Of a DNA stretch of 16,031 nt, positions 1 to 6,894 are shown piece by piece. Source of the DNA: Planctomycetota bacterium (GTDB lineage: Bacteria; Planctomycetota; Planctomycetia; Pirellulales; Thermoguttaceae). The notes under the pieces were generated by a model. The model saw nothing but the letters and a program-made list of their open reading frames with translations, was not told the DNA's origin and did no database searches. The stretch covers positions 1 to 16,031 of the forward strand of contig JBMOMU010000336.1 in assembly GCA_049324855.1 (NCBI GenBank), read 5' to 3'. The position numbers were made by a program, and so were the translations under genes. The first letter of the stretch is position 1. Each line of letters begins with the position of its first letter.

Positions 1-1
1 C

Positions 2-103
2 GAGATCCGCGGCTTCCACTGGATGCTGGCCTACGGCGACTACCTCCGCGAAATGGAGTATGCCGTGAGGAAGGGCGGACTGGGCTGGCTCGAGATCGGC
101 TGA
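2..103 (+). CDS. 3' end (34 codons) of an upstream gene of unknown function
   Basis: Frame 2 is open from the window start to TGA at 101-103. It translates to EIRGFHWMLAYGDYLREMEYAVRKGGLGWLEIG* with ordinary amino-acid composition. No family recognised. Confidence 0.3.
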   Translation, partial: EIRGFHWMLAYGDYLREMEYAVRKGGLGWLEIG

Positions 104-520
104 GGTTGAAGAGATGGATTGGCCGAATAGCGGCCCTCAGTAGACCGATCTTACCGCGGAGGGTGCGGAGTTTCGCAGAATACAATGGGGGGCAGTTGTC
201 AGCGGTCGGTATGACCTGCCGTGACGGTTGCCAAACCACAGCGATCGCCGACGGCGCCAACGAACCGCAGATGAACGCAAATACACGCCGATGATAGACC
301 ACCGCCCTATCCATGCGACGAGCAGCGCGATGGGCTGCCCGGCGATTCGCACCCGCACGCGCGACTCCTGTCGGTATCGGCATCGCGCGTCATCGGACCT
401 GGTCGTCCTCTGCGTTCCTCGGCGTCCTCAGCGGTGAAGCCTTTTGTGCGCGGGCTCCGGGCGGGCGACCCGGCGGTGGACTGGCAATCCAACCCCTCCA
501 CCGGCGACCGTAGCCGCCGA

Positions 521-549
521 TTGAACCCCCCGCTCAGGACGACTAGAAT
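521..549 (+). promoter_or_regulatory. Candidate sigma70-type promoter, TTGAAC-N17-TAGAAT
   Basis: TTGAAC at 521-526, a 17-nt spacer, and TAGAAT at 544-549. That is 5/6 and 5/6 matches to the TTGACA/TATAAT consensus. It lies about 80 nt upstream of the ATG at 628. Confidence 0.35.
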
Positions 550-627
550 AGCGGCGATCGTGAAGGCCCCGTGCGGGAGACCCGTCCGATCGACCAGAAG
601 TTATTCAGTCACCTGGGAGCAAGTTTC

Positions 628-1347
628 ATGCGATCGCAAGTCTTTACTCGTCGCGCTGCGTTGATTGCTGCACTCCTTTCGGCCGGGATTCTCGTTCGCG
701 CCGCCTCGGCCGCCGAAACCGGGCCGAACACGCTCACGCCCGAGGAAAAGGCCGCCGGCTTCAAGCTGCTCTTCGACGGCAAGACCACCGACGGCTGGCG
801 GAACTACAAGAAGGACACGATCTCGTCCGGCTGGAAAGTAGTCGACGGCGCGTTGGTGCGCGCCGAGAAGGGCGCGGGCGACATCCTCACCAAGGACAAG
901 TACGGCAGCTTTGAACTGCTGATCGACTACAAGATCTCCGAAGGCGGCAACAGCGGCATCATGTTCCATGTGACGGAAGAGGGAAACACGCCCTGGCAGA
1001 CCGGACCCGAGATCCAGATCCAGGACAACGTGAAGGGCCACGACCCGCAGAAGTCGGGCTGGCTCTACCAGTTCTACACTGCCGACGAAGACGCCACGAA
1101 GCCGGCAGGCGAGTGGAACACGCTCAGGATTGTGATCTCGCCTGAGAAGTGTGAACACTACATGAACGGCGTGAAGTACTTCGAGTACGTCAAGGGGAGC
1201 GAGGACTGGAACAAGCGGCTGGCCGACAGCAAGTTCGCCAAGTTCCCCGCCTTTGGCAAGGCCGACACCGGTTATATCTGCCTGCAGGACCACGGCAATG
1301 AGGTTGCCTTCCGCAACATCAAGATCCGCGAGCTGCCGGCGAAGTGA
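628..1347 (+). CDS. Exported DUF1080 / 3-keto-disaccharide hydrolase family protein (PF06439-like)
   Basis: ATG at 628 is preceded by GGGAG at 615-619. The N-terminus is signal-peptide-like (MRSQVFTRRAALIAALLSAGILVRAASAAE, possibly Tat-type RR). LFDGKTTDGWRNYKK...GNSGIMFHV...FRNIKIRELP is characteristic of the DUF1080 family abundant in Planctomycetes. The GTG at 571 in the track is an unlikely start (no RBS, and it would sit inside the predicted promoter/TSS). Confidence 0.8.
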   Translation: MRSQVFTRRAALIAALLSAGILVRAASAAETGPNTLTPEEKAAGFKLLFDGKTTDGWRNYKKDTISSGWKVVDGALVRAEKGAGDILTKDKYGSFELLIDYKISEGGNSGIMFHVTEEGNTPWQTGPEIQIQDNVKGHDPQKSGWLYQFYTADEDATKPAGEWNTLRIVISPEKCEHYMNGVKYFEYVKGSEDWNKRLADSKFAKFPAFGKADTGYICLQDHGNEVAFRNIKIRELPAK

Positions 1348-1366
1348 AGTGCAGTAAGGACGCTAT

Positions 1367-2680
1367 ATGTCGCAGTTCCCCGGCCGGGTCGAGGTGGCGC
1401 GCCTCGGACCCGCTGAATATCCATCGCCGAAGGCGCACGCCCCGCTGACGAGTGAGGGCGTGTCGCCTTTCACGCCCGACGACTGCTATGTGCGGCGCAA
1501 CGTCGAACTGCTCGCCAGCGCGCCGGCCGACGACGGGCAGCTCTTTCCCAAGGCGGGGGCGCGGTCGCGCATCTTCTTCGATCCGGCGCAGACGAAGGCG
1601 GCGATCGTCACCTGCGGCGGCTTGTGTCCCGGGCTCAACAACGTCATTCGTTCCGCGTTTCTCGAACTGCGGATGAACTACGGCGTGCCCGAGGTGCTGG
1701 GCATACGGGAAGGCTACCGCGGGCTGAATCCTGCCGAGGGCCAGCCGCCGCTGCCGCTGACGCTGGATCTCGTCGAGGACATCCACGAGGAAGGCGGCAC
1801 GATGCTCGGCTCGTCGCGCGGTCCGCAGGACCCGGTGGTGATGGCCGATTTTCTCGTGGCCAACGGGATCAACATTTTGCTATGCGTGGGCGGCGACGGC
1901 ACGCAGCGGGGGGCCCACTCGCTGGCTGTAGAGATTGCCCGCCGTAGCCTGAAGATCTCCGTAATCGGAATTCCAAAAACGATCGACAACGACATCGAGT
2001 ACTGCGACCGCTCGTTCGGCTTCGTGACTGCCGTGGCCGAGGCCCAGCGCGTGCTGAGCTGCGCCCATGTGGAGGCGAAGGGCGCGCCGATGGGCATCGG
2101 CCTGGTGCGGGTTATGGGTCGCGAGGCGGGCTTCGTGGCCGCCGCTGCCACCCTGGCCAGCCAGGAAGTCAATTTCTGCCTGATCCCCGAATCGCCTTTC
2201 GCGTTGCACGGCGAGTGTGGGCTGCTGAGTGCCTTGCGGCGGCGGATGCTCGCCCGCCGGCATGCCGTGATCCTCGTAGCCGAGGGCGCCGGCCAGGAAC
2301 TGTTCGAAGTCGCTGCGGGCTGTACCGACGCCTCCGGTAATCGCAAGCTGCAGGACATCGGCCCGTTCCTCCATCAGGCAATTATCGACTACTTCGACGA
2401 GCACGGGCCGAAGGTCAACGTGAAGTACATCGACCCGAGCTACATTGTTCGAAGCGTGCCCGCGCACTGCGAAGACGACATCCTCTGCGACCAGTACGCC
2501 CGCCGCGCCGTACACGCCGCGATGGCAGGCTTCACCGACGCGATGGTGGGGCTGATGAACGGCTCGTTCGCGCTCGTGCCGCTGGAAATGGCCACGCGCA
2601 AGAAAAGGCACGTGGCAATCGACGGCGAACTGTGGAACTCGGTGCTTTCGGCAACAGGCCAGCCGCGGCTGCTAAGGTAG
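1367..2680 (+). CDS. 6-phosphofructokinase, long (group III/PPi-like) type
   Basis: AAGGA at 1356-1360 lies 6 nt before the ATG. The protein has GGLCPGLNNVIRSAF, GGDGT (nt 1889-1903), IGIPKTIDNDI (Lys codon at 1976-1978) and MGR motifs. The gene starts 19 nt after the upstream gene stop, so they are likely co-transcribed. Confidence 0.9.
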   Translation: MSQFPGRVEVARLGPAEYPSPKAHAPLTSEGVSPFTPDDCYVRRNVELLASAPADDGQLFPKAGARSRIFFDPAQTKAAIVTCGGLCPGLNNVIRSAFLELRMNYGVPEVLGIREGYRGLNPAEGQPPLPLTLDLVEDIHEEGGTMLGSSRGPQDPVVMADFLVANGINILLCVGGDGTQRGAHSLAVEIARRSLKISVIGIPKTIDNDIEYCDRSFGFVTAVAEAQRVLSCAHVEAKGAPMGIGLVRVMGREAGFVAAAATLASQEVNFCLIPESPFALHGECGLLSALRRRMLARRHAVILVAEGAGQELFEVAAGCTDASGNRKLQDIGPFLHQAIIDYFDEHGPKVNVKYIDPSYIVRSVPAHCEDDILCDQYARRAVHAAMAGFTDAMVGLMNGSFALVPLEMATRKKRHVAIDGELWNSVLSATGQPRLLR

Positions 2681-2741
2681 CCGAAGTCTGGTGACTATCG
2701 AGCGACTGCGTTGTCGAATTGCCGCGATGGGGAGAGATAGC

Positions 2742-4142
2742 ATGTGCAACATTCGAACAAGTATCGGGTTGGCAATTGCGATCGCCTCGTGCGTGTCTTT
2801 CGCGGTCCTTGAGGCCCGGTCGGCGGAGGCGGACGCGACGACGAAATCAGGCCGGCCGAACATTGTCTTCATTCTCGCCGATGACCTCGGCTACGGCGAC
2901 CTCGGCTGTTACGGCCGGGAAGACATTCGCACGCCGAATCTCGACCGGCTGGCGCAGCAGGGCGTCCGCTTCACTCAGTACTACGCCAACGGGCCCGAAT
3001 GCACGCCCACGCGGACGGCGCTGCTGACAGGGCGCTATCAGCAACGTGTCGGCGGTTTGGAGTGCGCGATCGGTGTAGGCGGCGTGGGCCGCTACGACGA
3101 CGCCATTCGCCTCGACGAACAGGACGAGCTTGGGTTGCCCGCCAGCGAAACCAGTCTCGGGCAGATTCTGAAAGCGGCGGGTTACGCCACTGCCATCACC
3201 GGCAAGTGGCACCTGGGATACGAAGACAAGTTCGCGCCCAGCCGGCATGGTTTCGACGAAGCGTTTTACATCGTGGGCGGAAGCGCCGATTACTTCCACC
3301 ACACCGAACCGGACGGCACGCACATGCTCCGGCGCAACGGCGCGCCTGAGCGCCGCGAGGGGTACATCACCAATCTGATCAGCGATGAGGCGGTGGCGTT
3401 CGTCGAGCGCGCGGGCGACAAACCTTTCTTTCTCTACGTGCCGTACACTGCGCCGCACTCGCCCTTCCAGGGGCCGAACGACCGCCAGGAGCAGCCACTT
3501 TCGCCCGACTCGCCGCTGAATGATCAGGGTAAGAGCCCGCTGCCGGTCTATCGGGCGATGATTGAGTGCATGGACCAGGGGATTGGCCGGATCCTGGAGC
3601 AGCTCAACAAAGATAAGGTTGCAGATCATACGCTGGTGATCTTTGCCAGTGACAACGGCGGCACACGCAGCGGACGCAACGCGCCGCTTTCGGGGCAGAA
3701 GGGGCAAACATTTGAAGGCGGCATCCGTGTACCGGCGATCGCGCGCTGGCCGGGCGTGCTGCCGGCAGGCGTGACGTACGATCAGCCCTGCGCGACATTC
3801 GATCTCACCTGCTCAATGGCCCGCGCCGCCGGGGCGAAGTTGCCCGCGGGCCGCTCCTTCGACGGGATCGACATCCTCTCTTACGTAGAGAAGGAGCAGG
3901 CTCCGCCCGCGCGAATGCTCTTCTGGCGCAAACTCCGCGGGGATCAGACCTGGTGGGGAGTGCGCGACGGAAAGTGGAAGTACGTCCGCCGCCAGGAGGG
4001 CGACAAACAGCAGGAGCACCTCTTCGATCTGGAGGCCGACATAGCGGAGGAGAACGACCTGTTGGCCGAGAATCCGCAGGTGGCCTCGCGGCTCCGCGAG
4101 GCCCTCAGCGCGTGGGAAGAGGAAGTGCGGCCGGTGCGGTAG
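2742..4142 (+). CDS. Secreted Cys-type sulfatase (arylsulfatase family)
   Basis: GGAGAG at 2731-2736 lies 5 nt before the ATG at 2742. The protein has a Sec-type signal peptide (MCNIRTSIGLAIAIASCVSFAVLEA). IVFILADDLGYGDLGCYG and the formylglycine motif C-T-P-T-R (nt 3000-3014) are present, followed by GKWHLG. The track start at 2691 lacks an RBS and would put the signal peptide internally. Confidence 0.88.
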   Translation: MCNIRTSIGLAIAIASCVSFAVLEARSAEADATTKSGRPNIVFILADDLGYGDLGCYGREDIRTPNLDRLAQQGVRFTQYYANGPECTPTRTALLTGRYQQRVGGLECAIGVGGVGRYDDAIRLDEQDELGLPASETSLGQILKAAGYATAITGKWHLGYEDKFAPSRHGFDEAFYIVGGSADYFHHTEPDGTHMLRRNGAPERREGYITNLISDEAVAFVERAGDKPFFLYVPYTAPHSPFQGPNDRQEQPLSPDSPLNDQGKSPLPVYRAMIECMDQGIGRILEQLNKDKVADHTLVIFASDNGGTRSGRNAPLSGQKGQTFEGGIRVPAIARWPGVLPAGVTYDQPCATFDLTCSMARAAGAKLPAGRSFDGIDILSYVEKEQAPPARMLFWRKLRGDQTWWGVRDGKWKYVRRQEGDKQQEHLFDLEADIAEENDLLAENPQVASRLREALSAWEEEVRPVR

Positions 4143-4328
4143 AGACTTCTCAACGAAACGAATATCGCCACCGATTGGCTTCAGAATCGCGAAAGCGCGA
4201 AAGAACGAAAGCGCTAAATCGGGAGCTGGATTTTCAGCCAACGACATGCTGGCGGCGTTCTTCGCGGTTTCCACCCCTTCGTTGTTCCGCGATCGTCGTG
4301 AGTTGGACGATCCACCGGTGCGATCCGC

Positions 4329-5666
4329 CTAATCCTTCCCGTCGTTGAGCCATGCAGGATCAATCCGCGCGAGTGTGAGGTAGTGGTAGCTCGTTGGTCT
4401 TGTGCTCTTGCCATCGGCCTTGCCGCGCTCGTAGAAGCAGAGGATCGTACCGTCGGGAAGCACGGCAAGGTCGCTGTAGGCCGAGAATCCCGGTTCGAGC
4501 GTTTTGCGCACCGGCCACGTGGCCCCCTCGTCGTAGCTCATCTGCAGCGAGAGGTTCTTGCGGTCGCGTGATTTTCCCGGCGCTACTTTCGCGTCGGCCC
4601 GCTCCAGGTTGTATGGGTTCGAAAAGAGGATGCGGTTGTTGTCCGCGGGCGGGCTCAGGCTGAGCCGCGCCATGCTCGCCATGCACACGGGATCGAGCAA
4701 GGCATCGTGGAACTCAGGCTCGGTCCAGTCGCTCGCTCCGTTGGGGCTATAGGCCACAACACGGCGGTTGGGCGGGGACTCGGTGCGGCCGTTGAACATC
4801 ACACGACCATCAGCCAGCTCGAGCACCGTAGCTTCGCTCGGGTTCACGAACTCGTCGGTGCAGGGAATCACGATGGCGCCGCGCTGCCAGGACTGGCCGC
4901 CATCGTCGGAATAGATCGTCGCCGCTACTGAAGGGCGATGCGCGTTGCCACCCGTGCCGGTCGAAAGCCACACGGGCACCACCAGCCGTCCGCTGCGAAG
5001 CTCGATGCCGTGACCGGGACCGGTGGCCAGCACCTTCCAGTCATACTCGGGGCGGAAGCGATCGAACGTCGATGTAGTTTCCACCGGCTGGCTGAAGGTC
5101 TCGCCGTCGTCCGTACTCCGCTGATAGAAGCAGCGCATGTATTCCACGCAGAAGAGCAAGTGCACGGTGCCGTCGCGGGCGGCGATGGCCGCAGCATTGT
5201 GGTATGTCACGGTGTCGGGCTTCGCACCCTTCCTTCTGGCCAACGGATTCGGTGCGATCGGGCCATCGGCTTTGGCGATGCTTCGCGGAGGAGAGAACGA
5301 CCGTCCGCTGTCGGTGCTGCGGCACATGAGGATCTGCGTGTAGTCCCAGTCGCTGCCTGAATCGCGCCGCGCCTCGCAGAATGTAAGCACGGTGCCGCGG
5401 GATGTAACTACGATGCCGGGAATGCGGTAAAGGGTGAAGCCTCCCTTGCCCGCCTCGAAGAGGTCGATCTTCACCGGTTCACCGCCTGGCGCGTCGGCGA
5501 CCGCGGACGCCCCTTGCCGCGTGGCAGCTTCACCTGCAGTGCCGTCTGGGAGGGAAGATGCCAGCAGATGGGCAAGACATAACGCCGCTGCAGCGCCCGT
5601 CTGGACCGGCCTAGGAAGCCGCGCTCGACTCGATGTGCCACCGAAAACCAGGGGAGAGATTTGCAT
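4329..5666 (-). CDS. Exo-alpha-sialidase (GH33, BNR/Asp-box beta-propeller)
   Basis: The start was chosen at the ATG at 5666-5664, which has a GGAG about 8 nt upstream on the - strand, followed by a hydrophobic signal-like segment. The protein has an FTLYRIPGIVVTSRGTVLTFCEAR (YRIP) motif and four Asp-boxes (STDSGRSF, STDDGETF, SDDGGQSW, SYDEGATW). The 150-codon P/R/S-rich extension up to 6113 in the track is treated as a non-coding read-through artefact. Confidence 0.82.
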   Translation of the reverse strand: MQISPLVFGGTSSRARLPRPVQTGAAAALCLAHLLASSLPDGTAGEAATRQGASAVADAPGGEPVKIDLFEAGKGGFTLYRIPGIVVTSRGTVLTFCEARRDSGSDWDYTQILMCRSTDSGRSFSPPRSIAKADGPIAPNPLARRKGAKPDTVTYHNAAAIAARDGTVHLLFCVEYMRCFYQRSTDDGETFSQPVETTSTFDRFRPEYDWKVLATGPGHGIELRSGRLVVPVWLSTGTGGNAHRPSVAATIYSDDGGQSWQRGAIVIPCTDEFVNPSEATVLELADGRVMFNGRTESPPNRRVVAYSPNGASDWTEPEFHDALLDPVCMASMARLSLSPPADNNRILFSNPYNLERADAKVAPGKSRDRKNLSLQMSYDEGATWPVRKTLEPGFSAYSDLAVLPDGTILCFYERGKADGKSTRPTSYHYLTLARIDPAWLNDGKD

Positions 5667-5720
5667 GGGGTAGCTCCGTTGTAGCTTAGCGAGCCAGACC
5701 AGGAAGTTATGCTCGGGTCC

Positions 5721-5851
5721 GTGTGCCACCGACCAACCGGCGATATTCGCCGGTCGGTGCCCGCGCAAAAGCAGTGTTCCCTCGTGTGTTCTGGCACTGC
5801 TCGTGCCCGGGCACCAATCGGCCACCCAGGGCCGGTTGGTCGGTGGCACAC
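5721..5851. repeat. Inverted-repeat cluster in the divergent intergenic region. A perfect 20-bp inverted repeat (5721-5740 / 5832-5851) encloses a 33-bp near-palindrome (5727-5759) and a perfect 12-bp palindrome GTGCCCGGGCAC (5803-5814).
   Basis: GTGTGCCACCGACCAACCGG at 5721-5740 is the exact reverse complement of CCGGTTGGTCGGTGGCACAC at 5832-5851. CACCGACCaaccGGCGA-tat-TCGCCGGTCGGTG lies at 5727-5759. Confidence 0.7.
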
Positions 5852-5964
5852 TTTGCAGCACCGGCCCACTTAGGGGCGGGCTAGCCAAACGCGCCGGTGA
5901 GGCGCGTGGTTCCGATTGTAGCACGGCGTGGGACCGGCCGCGCGCCGCTGAGCGGGGGGCGTGG

Positions 5965-5993
5965 TTGACCCGACCATTGCGGGGGGGTAGATT
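5965..5993 (+). promoter_or_regulatory. Candidate sigma70-type promoter for the NfeD-flotillin-giant operon, TTGACC-N17-TAGATT
   Basis: TTGACC at 5965-5970, a 17-nt spacer, and TAGATT at 5988-5993. It lies about 120 nt upstream of the ATG at 6114 and downstream of the inverted-repeat cluster. Confidence 0.3.
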
Positions 5994-6113
5994 CGTTTGT
6001 TCGGAGCGTGTGGATTGGCTGCGGGCGGGCGCGGCCGCACGTACCGAACTTCGTGCGCCGATTGGCGTGCTCGCGCGACAAATTGGCCTCACGATCTGCG
6101 GGAGCGGGGGCAA

Positions 6114-6779
6114 ATGCTCGAAGTCTTCCAGACCGCCGTTGCGCTTCCGACGCTGCCATACACTATCCTCTTAGTGTTAGTGTTGCTGTACTGGCTTCTG
6201 TTCTTGGTGGGGGCGGCGGGCGCCGATTTGCTCGACGGGGTCGATCTCGACGTCGATGCCGATGTGGACGTCGACGCCGATGCCGACGCGGAGCTTGCGT
6301 CCGGTTCCGCCGGGTGGCTCGCACCGCTCCTGCAGTTCTTCTTTGTGGGAGAAGTGCCGCTCACGGTGATCTTCAGCATCCTCATCATTGCGATGTGGAC
6401 GATGGCGATGATCGTGAACTACTACCTGGGCGGAACGCGGCTGTGGGTCGGGCTGGCGCTGTTTCCGGCGCTGTTTTTCGTGGGGCTTGTTTTCACCCGC
6501 GCAGTGCTCACGCCGATTGCCCCGTACCTCAAGCGAGTCCTGGCCCAAGAGGGCGATAAGATCGACCTGGTGGGCAAGCGGTGCACGATCCACTCGATCG
6601 AGGCCACAAGCGCCTACGGCCAGGCAGAGGTGCCGATGCGCGGAGCACCGCTCTTGCTGAATGTGCGAACGAACGAGGGAATCGTTCTCAAGCGAGGCGA
6701 AGAGGCCGTAATCTGCCGGTACGATGAAACCGCCCGCGCCTACGTGGTGACCGGATTCGACGGGAACGCGGCGGGATGA
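6114..6779 (+). CDS. NfeD-like (YuaF/YqiJ-type) membrane protein with a C-terminal OB-fold
   Basis: GGAG at 6101-6104 precedes the ATG at 6114. There are two or three hydrophobic helices (TILLVLVLLYWLLFLVGAAGA, LTVIFSILIIAMWTMAMIV, LWVGLALFPALFFVGLVF). The C-terminal segment (KRCTIHSIEATSAYGQAEVPMRGAPLLLNVRTNEGIVLKRGEEAVICRYDETARAYVV) resembles the NfeD beta-barrel. It sits immediately upstream of a flotillin gene, the classic NfeD-SPFH arrangement. The TTG-start extension to 5997 is rejected. Confidence 0.62.
   Translation: MLEVFQTAVALPTLPYTILLVLVLLYWLLFLVGAAGADLLDGVDLDVDADVDVDADADAELASGSAGWLAPLLQFFFVGEVPLTVIFSILIIAMWTMAMIVNYYLGGTRLWVGLALFPALFFVGLVFTRAVLTPIAPYLKRVLAQEGDKIDLVGKRCTIHSIEATSAYGQAEVPMRGAPLLLNVRTNEGIVLKRGEEAVICRYDETARAYVVTGFDGNAAG
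6234..6293 (+). repeat. Imperfect tandem GAC/GTC-GAT-GCC hexanucleotide-like repeat encoding an acidic D-L-D-V-D-A-D-V-D-V-D-A-D-A-D loop in the NfeD-like protein
   Basis: gacggggtcgatctcgacgtcgatgccgatgtggacgtcgacgccgatgccgacgcggag translates to DGVDLDVDADVDVDADADAE, between the first and second hydrophobic segments. Confidence 0.7.
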
Positions 6780-6797
6780 TACACACCCTGCGGTCGG

Positions 6798-6838
6798 GTG
6801 ACACCGACCGGCGAAGTCCGCCAATTCGTCGGTGGCAC
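6798..6838. repeat. Second inverted copy of the CACCGAC motif in the NfeD-flotillin intergenic region (GTGACACCGACCGGCGA ... GTCGGTGGCAC)
   Basis: GTGACACCGAC at 6798-6808 and GTCGGTGGCAC at 6828-6838 are separated by 19 nt. The core CACCGACCGGCGA is identical to the reverse complement of 5747-5759. Nested CGGTCGG/CCGACCG symmetry lies at 6791-6810. Confidence 0.6.
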
Positions 6839-6894
6839 GCAGATGCGCAGCCGTGGGGAACGACAACATACGCTAAGATAGGGGGCTCTTTGCC

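Noticed and set aside
106-513. Small overlapping ORFs (62-73 aa) in the 5' non-coding stretch
   Set aside because: They have no RBS and Arg-rich composition. They overlap one another on both strands.
571-627. GTG start at 571 for the DUF1080 gene. Likewise the ATG at 2691 for the sulfatase.
   Set aside because: Neither has an RBS. They would bury the signal peptides internally. The downstream ATGs at 628 and 2742 each have a well-spaced GGAG-type SD.
601-3707. Antisense ORFs opposite the DUF1080, PFK and sulfatase genes (601-1293, 1880-2611 and 2847-3707 on the - strand, plus the 1714-2358 frame)
   Set aside because: The sense strands encode recognisable enzyme families with full motif sets. 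The antisense translations are low-complexity.
5667-6113. 150-codon N-terminal extension of the sialidase ORF up to 6113
   Set aside because: The extension is Pro/Arg/Ser-rich. It runs through the repeat cluster and the divergent promoter region, and it is not preceded by an RBS. The internal ATG at 5666 has a GGAG and is followed by a signal-like segment.
5997-6113. TTG-start extension of the NfeD-like ORF (and the overlapping 183-aa ORF at 6008-6559)
   Set aside because: The extension is Gly/Arg-rich and contains the predicted -10 region. The ATG at 6114 has an RBS. The ORF at 6008-6559 is an Arg-rich alternative frame.
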